Virus record (IMG/VR): IMGVR_UViG_3300025424_000296
Span: 1 to 64,000 of that record
Origin: a virus
Length of the DNA: 64,000 nt
Direction: 5' to 3' (one strand)
Below, in pieces: positions 1 to 9,078 of the stretch. Numbering within the stretch: position 1 is the stretch's first letter; each line of letters starts with the position of its first letter. The position numbers and the translations under genes are program-made. The notes beneath the pieces are model-generated. The model had not been told where the DNA came from. It saw only the letters and a list, made by a program, of their open reading frames with translations, and searched no databases.

Positions 1-1668
1 GTAGGTGCATTAACTAACTGGACACAAGTTTCTGCTGGTTTCTATAACATCGCAGCAGTTAAAACTGATGGAACACTATGGACCTGTGGATATAATAATT
101 ATGGTCAATTGGTTTTTCCTCAAGTGTCAACGATAGTTTTACCAAATCTTTCCTCTCCTATACAAGTGGGTGCACTTACCACATGGAAACAAGCTGCTGC
201 TGGATCAAACTTTGCAGCAGCAATTAAAACTGATGGAACATTATGGGCCTGGGGATATAATAGTTTTGGTCAATTGGGTAACAACGACCCAACTTTAGCC
301 CAACAATCTTCTCCAGTTCAAGTTGGTGCATTAACTAATTGGAAACAAGTTTCTGCTGCACAAAATTTTGCAGCAGCAATTAAAACTGATGGAACACTAT
401 GGGCCTGGGGAACAAACACCTCTGGTCAATTGGGTAATGGTACAACAGTTCTTTATTACTCCTCTCCCATACTAGTGGGTGCATTAACTAATTGGAGTCA
501 GGTTTCTGCCGGTACTGGTTTTACAGCAGCAGTTAAAACTGATGGAACATTATGGGCCTGGGGAACAAACAACGCTGGTCAATTGGGAAATGGTACAAAT
601 ACTGCTTATTTATCACCTATTCAAATTGGTGCGTTAACTACGTGGAAACAGATGTCTGCTGCACCAAATTTTACAGCAGCAGTTAAAACTGATGGAACAT
701 TATGGGCCTGGGGAACAAACAACGCTGGTCAATTGGGTATTGGTACAACAGTTCTTTATTCCTCACCTATACAAGTGGGTGCATTAACTAATTGGAAACA
801 AGTTTCTGCTGCACAAAATTTTGCAGCAGCAATTAAAACTGATGGTACATTATGGGCTTGGGGAATAAACATTACTGGTCAATTGGGTAATGGTACTGTC
901 ACAACTTATTATTCCCCAGTTCAAGTAGGTGCATTAACCAACTGGAGTCAGGTTTCTGCTGCACCAAATTTTATAACAGCAGTAAAAACTGATGGAACAT
1001 TATGGGCATGTGGACTAAACACCTCTGGTCAATTGGGTATTGGAACTACTACTTTATATTCATCTCCCGTTCAAGTTGGTGCATTAACCACGTGGAGTCT
1101 AGTTTATGCCGGTACTGGTTTTATAACAGCAGTAAAAACTGATGGAACATTATGGACATGTGGACTAAACACCTCTGGTCAATTGGGTTATAGCACAACT
1201 CAATCGAGCGTACCTCTTCAGTTGTCCTCTCCGGTTCAAGTAGGTGCATTAACCAATTGGAAATATGTTGCTGTTAATTCTTCAGGTTATTCAATGGCAG
1301 CAGTAAAAACTGATGGTACATTATGGACTTGTGGATATAATGGTCAAGGTCAGTTGGGTAATAGTACAATCGTTTCTTATTCCTCTCCAGTTCAAGTAGG
1401 TGCATTAACCAACTGGAGTACCGTTGCTACCGGTGTTAATAACACAGCGGCAATCAAAACTGATGGTACACTATGGACCTGGGGAATTGATAATTATGGT
1501 CAATTGGGTAATGGAACATCTGCATGGTATTCATCCCCAGTTCAAGTAGGTGCATTAACCACTTGGAATACGGTTTCAGTTGGGAACAATTCAATGGTAG
1601 CTACAGCAACACCAGCTGCTCCAACTTTTACTATAAACATCGGGCCCGGTGTGAAATTTAACACTTAA
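1..1668 (+). CDS. RCC1/BLIP-II repeat beta-propeller protein (5' end outside window), probable virion adhesin
   Basis: Frame is open from base 1; about 11 repeats of ~51 aa with consensus SSPVQVGALTNWxQVSAGxxFxAAVKTDGTLWxWGxNxxGQLG. Confidence 0.9.
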   Translation, partial: VGALTNWTQVSAGFYNIAAVKTDGTLWTCGYNNYGQLVFPQVSTIVLPNLSSPIQVGALTTWKQAAAGSNFAAAIKTDGTLWAWGYNSFGQLGNNDPTLAQQSSPVQVGALTNWKQVSAAQNFAAAIKTDGTLWAWGTNTSGQLGNGTTVLYYSSPILVGALTNWSQVSAGTGFTAAVKTDGTLWAWGTNNAGQLGNGTNTAYLSPIQIGALTTWKQMSAAPNFTAAVKTDGTLWAWGTNNAGQLGIGTTVLYSSPIQVGALTNWKQVSAAQNFAAAIKTDGTLWAWGINITGQLGNGTVTTYYSPVQVGALTNWSQVSAAPNFITAVKTDGTLWACGLNTSGQLGIGTTTLYSSPVQVGALTTWSLVYAGTGFITAVKTDGTLWTCGLNTSGQLGYSTTQSSVPLQLSSPVQVGALTNWKYVAVNSSGYSMAAVKTDGTLWTCGYNGQGQLGNSTIVSYSSPVQVGALTNWSTVATGVNNTAAIKTDGTLWTWGIDNYGQLGNGTSAWYSSPVQVGALTTWNTVSVGNNSMVATATPAAPTFTINIGPGVKFNT

Positions 1669-1728
1669 TTAATAATTGCATAATATAATAACTCACTGTA
1701 GACTAACACTACTCGACGAGGATATGCG

Positions 1729-1869
1729 ATGCAACAACAGTTCAAAGCCTTACTATTGATGATTGTTATGTTTGTGGTACTGTCAACACTTCTAAATGCG
1801 TTTATGAATACTTGGAACTATCTAGCCAAAATAGAAAGAGGGCGAGTTGTCACACTTGAACAACACTAA
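1729..1869 (+). CDS. Small membrane peptide (46 aa)
   Basis: GAGGA RBS, ATG..TAA, one hydrophobic stretch (ALLLMIVMFVVLSTLL); below ORF-track cutoff. Confidence 0.45.
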   Translation: MQQQFKALLLMIVMFVVLSTLLNAFMNTWNYLAKIERGRVVTLEQH

Positions 1870-1945
1870 ACCACGAGAACGATTGCTGGTCTGGACTTGC
1901 ATTGTAATTTTTGGAGGATGCTTCATTAATTTGATCTACAATGTA

Positions 1946-1973
1946 TTGACAAAATAATACGAGAAGGTATACT
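1946..1973 (+). promoter_or_regulatory. Sigma70-like promoter for the CAU tRNA
   Basis: TTGACA-N16-TATACT about 45 nt upstream of the tRNA. Confidence 0.7.
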
Positions 1974-2019
1974 AAGATTGTTGCTGCTGTGGTTAGTGGC
2001 GGTGGTAGGTATAAACAAT

Positions 2020-2095
2020 GCTCTGGTAGCCTAACGGTTAAGGCAGCTGACTCATAATCAGTTGATTGGGGGTTCGAATCCCTCCCGGAGCACCA
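2020..2095 (+). tRNA. tRNA with CAU anticodon (Ile2-like or elongator Met)
   Basis: Acceptor GCTCTGG/CCGGAGC, anticodon arm GCTGA-CTCATAA-TCAGT, T-loop TTCGAAT, encoded ACCA; paired 1:72 and no three G:C anticodon pairs, so not initiator. Confidence 0.9.
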
Positions 2096-2350
2096 CCCAC
2101 ATTTTATTTTTAAACTAATCTTTCACTAGAATTTATCCTATACTTTTCAATAATTTTCCAATCTGAATTTCCAAAATATATTAATCCAGTATTGATACCT
2201 TTTTCCTTAGCCCAATTTTTTAAATGCATATGTAGAGCCAGGCTCTACAGACTGGGTTTCTAAATACTTGTAACATTTTGATTATTAACAATATTTACCT
2301 TTGTAATATGCAATAAATAATTTTATCAGTGGTATAGAAAGGCTAATATA

Positions 2351-2524
2351 ATGAAGTTAAAAGTAGTCGAATCGGCAACAAAACCTGGACCGGAATATGT
2401 AGAAGTTACACTAGATTTAGTGCCAATGTGGGAAAAGCTTTTAGACAATTTTGAAAAACAAGCAAAAGAAATAAATTTGATTTTGAAACAGGCGGGTCAT
2501 GTTTCTAAAAGAAAGAAAATATAA
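2351..2524 (+). CDS. Hypothetical protein (57 aa, MKLKVVES...)
   Basis: TAAATA late core and AAAGG RBS upstream; TAATG overlap with next ORF. Confidence 0.6.
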   Translation: MKLKVVESATKPGPEYVEVTLDLVPMWEKLLDNFEKQAKEINLILKQAGHVSKRKKI

Positions 2525-2829
2525 TGCGATTGGAGGAAATAACACCTTCTAACAGAGCATTTTTGGACTTGGTTGGAAACGAAAAGTTAGCAATCGGTTC
2601 TGCTTATTTCGAGATGTTGAATTTATTTGATGCATGTAAAGCCGGCACGGTACATAAATCTATTTGGATAGATAATTTTGAAAGGTTCAATGCGGGTATT
2701 AATGGAGCATATGAAATACTTGACCGTATGCCTGATACAACTGACCAGTTTGTTAGAAATTTGAAATCAGTTATAGAATCATATCAACATGACGTGTACA
2801 AACTCAACAAGAAACTAATAAAACCATAA
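2524..2829 (+). CDS. Hypothetical protein, MRLEEI N-terminus
   Basis: ORF track; translationally coupled to the upstream ORF. Confidence 0.65.
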   Translation: MRLEEITPSNRAFLDLVGNEKLAIGSAYFEMLNLFDACKAGTVHKSIWIDNFERFNAGINGAYEILDRMPDTTDQFVRNLKSVIESYQHDVYKLNKKLIKP

Positions 2830-2891
2830 GACAATTTGACTGTAAACAGTTACTTCGATAATAATACAGTATACAAAAAAATATGGAGTAA

Positions 2892-3347
2892 TTGATGAAG
2901 AAACTCTTAATTTTAGCTGCAATTTTCCTAAATTTTGCTACCACAGCGTCAGCAGCAGAAATTGTTGTTAGCCAACGATCCCGCACACTAACACTGTATC
3001 AAGATGATGGATCAGTTAAGCGTTATTCAGTTGCAGTGGGTAAGCCAGGGTTTCAATGGCATGGTACACATACAATTGGTGCCAAGCAGGAATGGCCTGC
3101 GTGGACCCCTCCTCCAGCTATGTTAAAGCGTAAGCCATACCTTCCTCATCACATGGCAGGTGGTCGCGGCAATCCGCTAGGTGCTCGTGCTATGTATATC
3201 AGTGGTACACTGTATAGAATACATGGGACCAATGAGCCCAGCAGTATTGGTCGTGCTGCCAGTTCTGGTTGTATTAGAATGCGTAATGCTGATGTGGTTG
3301 ATTTGTATAACCGAGTGGCAGTCGGAACAACTATTACAGTTCAATAA
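2892..3347 (+). CDS. L,D-transpeptidase (YkuD/ErfK family), secreted
   Basis: Signal peptide; NPLGARAMY; catalytic IHGT...SSGCIRM motif. Confidence 0.92.
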   Translation: MMKKLLILAAIFLNFATTASAAEIVVSQRSRTLTLYQDDGSVKRYSVAVGKPGFQWHGTHTIGAKQEWPAWTPPPAMLKRKPYLPHHMAGGRGNPLGARAMYISGTLYRIHGTNEPSSIGRAASSGCIRMRNADVVDLYNRVAVGTTITVQ

Positions 3348-3622
3348 TGAGTTTGCTTAGAGAGTTTCCCGCAATGGAAGATTCCCCAGTAAGAATTTGG
3401 ACCACTGGGGGATACGATGTATCTGATCTTACTCTAAAAGATTTTCCATATGTTATTAATATATGCAGAGATAGCCTACCGTGGACATGGGTTGAGTGGT
3501 GTAAAAACAATTGTACTGAGCATTGGGCATGGTGGTTTGATAATAATATATGTTATGTGGGATTTATTGATCAGCAAGAAGCTTTATTATTTGCACTGAT
3601 ATATGTGGGAACAGAGGGATAA
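3347..3622 (+). CDS. Hypothetical phage protein
   Basis: ORF track; EWC..N ... F....A..F.L pattern shared with 19190..19411. Confidence 0.6.
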   Translation: MSLLREFPAMEDSPVRIWTTGGYDVSDLTLKDFPYVINICRDSLPWTWVEWCKNNCTEHWAWWFDNNICYVGFIDQQEALLFALIYVGTEG

Positions 3623-3857
3623 TCAAATGAATGATGCTGAAGATTTATATGATTTTGTTGATAGAGTTAATAGAGAAAATAACGAGAGAGAAATACGGCA
3701 AATGGAAGAAGATGGATATGTACAAATACCAGTTGAATTCAGAGTATATTTCAATAATCAAAAATGGATTAACCGAGAAACTCTACGTCATTTGCGAGCG
3801 TGGCTAACAGATGACACTGTTTATAAATTAGTTAAATCAGATTTTCAAATAACTTAA
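3603..3857 (+). CDS. Hypothetical protein (start probably 3627)
   Basis: ORF track, operon context. Confidence 0.55.
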   Translation: MWEQRDNQMNDAEDLYDFVDRVNRENNEREIRQMEEDGYVQIPVEFRVYFNNQKWINRETLRHLRAWLTDDTVYKLVKSDFQIT

Positions 3858-3881
3858 TCAAAACATAAGGATTGACGCTGT

Positions 3882-4229
3882 ATGTTAAAGCAAATCATGA
3901 AGACCTGGGAAGATAGTGAGTCAGTTTATTATGAAATCGGCTGTGATTGTCGCAGCAGTGATCATAATCTACAGGTTAACGCTGAGTCTGATAAGGATAG
4001 TACTTTAGCAGCATTAAATTTTGGTGTTACATTACATACTCGGTGGCAGTGGAATAGATTTAAACATCCGTTATTTGCTTGGTTAAATGAGCCACTAAAG
4101 CGTATCTCTATTGCCAGTGAGATTTTATTTCGGGGTAGATCAGAATATTATTATGAATTTATCCTAGGAGAAGATAATATTAAAGCATTGCGATATGCAT
4201 TAGATGAAATAGAAAAGAAGTTCAAATGA
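3882..4229 (+). CDS. Hypothetical protein
   Basis: ORF track; ATGA overlap with next gene. Confidence 0.6.
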   Translation: MLKQIMKTWEDSESVYYEIGCDCRSSDHNLQVNAESDKDSTLAALNFGVTLHTRWQWNRFKHPLFAWLNEPLKRISIASEILFRGRSEYYYEFILGEDNIKALRYALDEIEKKFK

Positions 4230-4879
4230 AGATAGTATTTTGCATACCGGGTAATAAGTTTAGTGATCGTTGGCTACATTCATGGATGGATACAATTGCC
4301 ACAATGAGTCAGAATGGAATAGAATGGGTTTATTCTCTTGCATATGATCCTGTTGTATATTATGCACGTAATAGAGTATTAGGTGGTAATAACATAGATG
4401 GTCCTGATCAAAAACCTTTTAGAGGTCAATTGGATTATGATTATCAAATCTGGATTGATAGTGATATGGTCTGGACCGGACAAGATGTTTTAAATTTAAT
4501 TAAATTAGACAAACCCATTGCAAGTGGTTGTTATATGATGGCTGATAATGTTCAATTACCAATAGTAGAAAATTTAGATTGGAATTATCTATTCAAGGCT
4601 GGTACATTTAAATTCTTACACCGAGATGAGTTAGCAACCAGGACTGCGCCGTTTCCTGCTAGTTATGCAGGATTTGGTTTTATGGCAATCAAGCGAGGTG
4701 TAATAGAACATATGAAGTATCCTTGGTTTAGACCTAAATTTGTAGAGTATGAACACTTTCATGAATTCACAGCCGAGGATGTTGCATTTTGTTGGACTGC
4801 CCAGGAATTGGGATATGAGATCTGGGTAGATCCAGCAACAAAATTAGGTCATGAGAAATTAGTACCATTAACACCATAG
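4226..4879 (+). CDS. GT-A fold glycosyltransferase-like protein
   Basis: YARN, WIDSD (DxD), GFGFMAIK, EDVAFC, GH motifs. Confidence 0.8.
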   Translation: MKIVFCIPGNKFSDRWLHSWMDTIATMSQNGIEWVYSLAYDPVVYYARNRVLGGNNIDGPDQKPFRGQLDYDYQIWIDSDMVWTGQDVLNLIKLDKPIASGCYMMADNVQLPIVENLDWNYLFKAGTFKFLHRDELATRTAPFPASYAGFGFMAIKRGVIEHMKYPWFRPKFVEYEHFHEFTAEDVAFCWTAQELGYEIWVDPATKLGHEKLVPLTP

Positions 4880-4894
4880 AAAGGAAACATAAAC

Positions 4895-5119
4895 ATGTTT
4901 ATTAAATTAACAAATGCTGCTGAACAACATAAGAGTAAAGCACTTTATATCAACCCTGACCATATTACAACTGTATATGAGCTGGTCAAAGAAGGTGAAA
5001 CCAATCCGACTACATTTATTTACGGCGGCCCAACAGGAGTTAATTGGGAAGTTGAAGAAAGTTTAGATGATGTGATTAAGTTATTGAATAAGACTGGTAC
5101 AAAGGCTGTTAAAGCTTGA
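4895..5119 (+). CDS. Small FlbD-like beta protein
   Basis: MFIKLT...LYINPDHI...V.ESLDDVI pattern typical of FlbD-like proteins. Confidence 0.55.
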   Translation: MFIKLTNAAEQHKSKALYINPDHITTVYELVKEGETNPTTFIYGGPTGVNWEVEESLDDVIKLLNKTGTKAVKA

Positions 5120-5136
5120 TAATTGTTGAATAAAAA

Positions 5137-5164
5137 TTTGAAGCTATGCAAACATAGCTTCAAA
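5137..5164. terminator. Bidirectional intrinsic terminator between convergent genes
   Basis: TTTGAAGCTATG-CAAA-CATAGCTTCAAA perfect hairpin. Confidence 0.7.
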
Positions 5165-5173
5165 AATTTAATA

Positions 5174-5728
5174 TCACCATTTCTTTTTCAGTTGAATAAT
5201 TTCTGATTCAATTTTACTCACAATTGATTCTTTGGCAACTACATTACCAGATGTTGAAACATTTGTATTACCACTTACAATTGTCTTAATATTACCAACG
5301 GCAGTTACTTCTTTAACAGTAATAGTGGTTTTACTTGGTTCACTTATAGAAACTTTTGACTGTTCTTTTACAACTTCTGCGGTTTTTGATACTACATTAG
5401 ATGTAGTCTTTGAGTTCTCCTTAGTATATTCTGTTGTTTTTGATTTCACGGGCTGAGGAACAGGCTTCGGTTCTGGTGTTACTGCAATTTTTGGTGCAGC
5501 AGGCGGGGGTGCTACAGGTTTTGGTGCAGCAGGCGGGGGTGCTACAGGTTTTGGTGTCAGTGGGGGTTTCTCATAAACTGACAACCCTTCATCTGAAAAA
5601 ACCTTAGCAGACCAACACTGAGTTTTATCGACAAAGTCACATGCTTCATCTAGCTTTGGAAAAACAAATTTCTCAGTTTTTTCTTTGTAATTTACCCAGT
5701 TGTAAATTTCAACTTTGAACTTACTCAT
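5174..5728 (-). CDS. Hypothetical protein with Pro-rich linker
   Basis: ORF track; GGAG RBS; PKPVAPPPAA duplicated. Confidence 0.7.
   Translation of the reverse strand: MSKFKVEIYNWVNYKEKTEKFVFPKLDEACDFVDKTQCWSAKVFSDEGLSVYEKPPLTPKPVAPPPAAPKPVAPPPAAPKIAVTPEPKPVPQPVKSKTTEYTKENSKTTSNVVSKTAEVVKEQSKVSISEPSKTTITVKEVTAVGNIKTIVSGNTNVSTSGNVVAKESIVSKIESEIIQLKKKW
5489..5556. repeat. Exact 30-bp tandem duplication
   Basis: TTTTGGTGCAGCAGGCGGGGGTGCTACAGG twice plus a partial copy. Confidence 0.9.
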
Positions 5729-5785
5729 GTTATATCTCCGATAAATTTATAGTTATTTAACAATTTAAATCATGATCATTAAAAA

Positions 5786-6691
5786 TTATTTTCGATCTGT
5801 TTTTAAAATTTTATCCCACTTATCTTTTAGGAATTCTATATATTGCTTGGGACTTGTAAAGCCTAATTTATTAAATATTTTCAGTAATTTTATTAATCCG
5901 GGGTCATTTTTAGTTCTGGAATTATGTATATCTGCTGATAATGAATTTGTCAAGTCTTGCGAATACTGTAACAGTTTCCACATTTTTGACTTACCTTCTT
6001 TGCTGAGCGAATTCATATCATTTTTATAGTATAACTCGCGCCATTCTTTAAAATAATCGCGATCAACTCGGCCCCAGGACTTTTGTGGTAGTACAGTTCG
6101 CATGCTCTTGACCAAGCTATCGGTTTCTATACGTTTGCCGGGATTTTGTGTCAACCAATCATTTGGTGTTTTGTAAACATATACAGGTATGCCCAGTCTC
6201 TTAGCACCTAATAATGTTTTTCTTAACCATACCAATCTATTTTGATCATCGTCATTTTTGATTTTATCAATTTCGTACAATATATGTACGCTCTTTATCA
6301 GTTTGGTAGCTGGTGTGGGAAACGGAATAGTAGGCTCTCTACTATAAATTCTATCTTCAGCTTCACTAGTCCTGGACCCGTCACTTCTGATCCAAGATCT
6401 TTCCCAGTAATCAACTGGAGCAGAGGTATATTTGTGATTTAACCAATTACCATCTAAATTAAACACAACTCCGTCTAGATAGTGATTTCTCAGTGTATAG
6501 TCGCCGACTTTACTTCTAGATGTGCTTAGATAATAAAACTTACCTGGTTTATGAAATTGCAGTTCAGCAGCCGTACCTGCACTGGCTGTGAGTTTAAAAT
6601 AACCACTATTTAAAATAAATGACGCAGTACTTAATCTGGTACTGTGGTATAATTCAGATGTAGCTGCTTCGAATAAGTCTTTTAATTTCAT
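5786..6691 (-). CDS. Hypothetical late protein, MKLKDLFEA N-terminus; possible ADP-ribosyltransferase-like fold
   Basis: TAAATA just upstream of ATG 6691; LYHST...YLSTSR...EAE pattern loosely resembles ART H/R-STS-E. Confidence 0.65.
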   Translation of the reverse strand: MKLKDLFEAATSELYHSTRLSTASFILNSGYFKLTASAGTAAELQFHKPGKFYYLSTSRSKVGDYTLRNHYLDGVVFNLDGNWLNHKYTSAPVDYWERSWIRSDGSRTSEAEDRIYSREPTIPFPTPATKLIKSVHILYEIDKIKNDDDQNRLVWLRKTLLGAKRLGIPVYVYKTPNDWLTQNPGKRIETDSLVKSMRTVLPQKSWGRVDRDYFKEWRELYYKNDMNSLSKEGKSKMWKLLQYSQDLTNSLSADIHNSRTKNDPGLIKLLKIFNKLGFTSPKQYIEFLKDKWDKILKTDRK

Positions 6692-6723
6692 GGTGTATTT
6701 ATTTAAAAATAACCAATAATAAA

Positions 6724-6747
6724 AAAGGGGCATCGAAATGCCCCTTT
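6724..6747 (-). terminator. Intrinsic terminator
   Basis: AAAGGGGCAT-CGAA-ATGCCCCTTT with a U-tract on the minus strand. Confidence 0.8.
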
Positions 6748-6778
6748 AGATCTCGTTGTGTATTTGTGTGTGTTTAAA

Positions 6779-7000
6779 TTACTTCTTCCAAAGAGAAGCA
6801 GAGTACAAATCATTTATACTCTTAAGAAATGGTAAATCCTTGTAGAACTCGCCAGCACTCTTGGTAAGAGCAGTGTGAAACTTTACAGAATCTTCCCAGG
6901 TCTTTGCATAAACTTCTGTGCTGATTTTGAACATAGAAGATGCAAATTCAATGTAAGCATTGCTTAATTCGGTGTGTGGTGTTTTTGATTTTTCTGACAT
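6779..7000 (-). CDS. Small amphipathic helical protein, phasin-like
   Basis: 73 aa all-helical pattern; GGAG RBS; preceded by a PhaR-type box. Confidence 0.5.
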   Translation of the reverse strand: MSEKSKTPHTELSNAYIEFASSMFKISTEVYAKTWEDSVKFHTALTKSAGEFYKDLPFLKSINDLYSASLWKK

Positions 7001-7047
7001 AAATAGTCTCCGTTAAACATTGTAACAAATTTATTATAAGTTATTTA

Positions 7048-7059
7048 TTGTGCATTGCA
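7048..7059 (-). promoter_or_regulatory. PhaR/AniA-type operator
   Basis: Minus strand TGCAATGCACAA matches TGCRNYGCASMA; lies between two TAAATA cores. Confidence 0.55.
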
Positions 7060-7088
7060 ACATATTTATTGTTCTGAACAAAAATATT

Positions 7089-7448
7089 TCATTTTTTATT
7101 TTTCTTTAGCCAAATTCTATAGCTACCAACACCTCCTCTGCTGTCAACAATGGGTTCTACACGCCGTATGCAACGTATTTGTTTGCACCAATCTTGGAAT
7201 TCATGAGCAATTTGTCCACTTTTACCTGTTATGATTACCACATGTTCAGTTTGTGCTTCATTATGATCGGCTACAAAGTCATTGACTTTACCATGTGCTT
7301 CGCTAACAGTCATGCCGTGTAGGTCTAGTCTACGTTTAAGGGCTTGTGGTTCTTTCATGGGTATTATGGTTTCTTGTGGACTGTTAAATACTCTATCAAT
7401 ATAGAGATTCCAATCTCGTTGATCCTGTTCTCGTAATGGCTCAAACAT
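7089..7448 (-). CDS. Stand-alone Smr/MutS2-domain protein
   Basis: LDLHGMT...A and VIITGK motifs; C-terminal GG.GS...L. Confidence 0.85.
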   Translation of the reverse strand: MFEPLREQDQRDWNLYIDRVFNSPQETIIPMKEPQALKRRLDLHGMTVSEAHGKVNDFVADHNEAQTEHVVIITGKSGQIAHEFQDWCKQIRCIRRVEPIVDSRGGVGSYRIWLKKNKK

Positions 7449-7555
7449 TTTGGTTTCTTTCTTTAGCAACTTCTACATTTTAACTAATTTTTATTAGTTT
7501 GCGAATCTTTTTTAAGAAATTAATAACCATGAATAAATACCTACATATTTGGAGC

Positions 7556-8512
7556 ATGGCTATGAAAATGAAATTAGAAGACTATATAGAAAAATATGGA
7601 GAATAATCTGGTACTCGGCGATTTTATGGTATGCAAAAATTATTAAAGACCAGACAAAAAACATATGAATCTCATCCATATAAACGACTGACTAAGGAAT
7701 GGTTTATATGGCGATATCCGGGGGATGGGTTACAACGTTTCAACGACCATGTTAACAAATCGAGACAATCCGAAGAAAATATGATTAAAAGATACGGAGA
7801 AAAGTTAGGCAAGAAAAAATGGGAAGAAACTGTACAAAAGAAAAATACCTTATCTATATTAAAAGCTAAAGGAGGTGAAAAGGCGTTATTAGAATGGAAA
7901 GAAAAACGTAATAAAGGATATGATGCTTATTGGGATAAGTTGTCGGAACAAGAAAGACAACAAGTTATAAAGAACCGAACCAAAAAATCTAAAGTAACAA
8001 AAAGGCAAAGATATGGTAATAAGAAAAAAATTGAAATTTTTAAAGAAAAATACGGCGAAGATGGTTCAGTCGAATATGCGAAATATTTACAAACTATTTT
8101 TAAATCAATTGGATATTCAAAAGAATGTGAAAAATTTATAAAAGATTTGATTAATAGCTATCCAATTTTACAACAGTATACATTATTCTATAGAGATCAA
8201 AATAATAATAAGGTTGAGTGGTTTTTAACAGACGGTAACAACATATTTTTCTATGATTTATGCATAAAAGAACGTATGATATTAGTAGAATATGACGGAA
8301 GCAAATGGCATCCCACTTATGATCAATATCTAAATAATCCTGATGATATTATGGAGATAATTGGAATGTCCGTAAAAGAAAAATTTGAAAAAGATCAAAA
8401 TAAAATTTTATTAGCTGAACAAAAAGGCTATACTATATTTGTAGTTAGATCAGATATGTCTAAAGATGAAATAAATCGAATTATATTAGACATCATACAT
8501 GAGGTTAGTTAA
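7556..8512 (+). mobile_element. Putative homing endonuclease (KYG repeats plus C-terminal Vsr/DUF559-like nuclease) with in-frame TAA at 7604-7606
   Basis: FYD...VEYDG..WH...D..K...A...GY motif; upstream in-frame segment MAMKMKLEDYIEKYGE* with GGAG RBS. Confidence 0.7.
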
Positions 8513-8984
8513 AATGGAAGAATGTTTTACTTCAACTAAAAGTTATTATAATTATCCGTGTGCTCACAGACAATACAGGCATGACGGAAATTGTGCTAAA
8601 ATACACGGATATTCGAGATCTTTTCACTTTGTGTTTGGTGCAAAAACTATGACTAAAGAAGGATTTGTAGTTGATTACGGTGATTTAGATGATCTTAAAG
8701 CTCACTTAGATTATATGTATGATCACACACTTGTTCTTGATGAATCTGACCCATTTATGGATATGTTTAAACAATTAGAAGTAGCAGGTGTTTGTGACAT
8801 TAGAACTCATCCATTGGGACCAGGTATGGAAGGTACAGCTCATTATCTATGTGAATGGGCAGATAACTGGTTACGAAATAAAACAAAAGGCCGTGCCTGG
8901 GTAATTACTGTAGAAGCAAGGGAAAACGATAAAAATAGTTCAATTTATCGAAATCCGGATGCTGGTTTCAAAGGTTGGATTTAA
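8499..8984 (+). CDS. queD: 6-carboxy-5,6,7,8-tetrahydropterin synthase (QueD/PTPS family)
   Basis: CAHRQ...C..IHGYS, VVDYG.L, DHT, V..RE..KN. Confidence 0.88.
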   Translation: MRLVKMEECFTSTKSYYNYPCAHRQYRHDGNCAKIHGYSRSFHFVFGAKTMTKEGFVVDYGDLDDLKAHLDYMYDHTLVLDESDPFMDMFKQLEVAGVCDIRTHPLGPGMEGTAHYLCEWADNWLRNKTKGRAWVITVEARENDKNSSIYRNPDAGFKGWI

Positions 8985-9019
8985 CCTTAAGTATCTTAAG
9001 TAATAACCATAGAGCTAAA

Positions 9020-9077
9020 GCTATACTCCGACTTGCAGCCTACTAGGCTAAATATTACTAACATATCGGAGTATAGC
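9020..9077 (+). promoter_or_regulatory. RBS-sequestering hairpin enclosing a late promoter
   Basis: GCTATACTCCGA (9020-9031) / TCGGAGTATAGC (9066-9077) flank TAAATA (9049-9054). Confidence 0.75.
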
Positions 9078-9078
9078 C

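Noticed and set aside
1-1668. Diversity-generating retroelement target
   Set aside because: Differences between repeats are block swaps, not adenine-specific; no reverse transcriptase or template repeat in the window
2100-2300. Decayed endonuclease fragment on the minus strand
   Set aside because: Only a few suggestive codons between stops; not supportable
8499-8530. Split-intein C-fragment at the QueD N-terminus (MRLVKME)
   Set aside because: No HN/C junction motif and no N-fragment upstream
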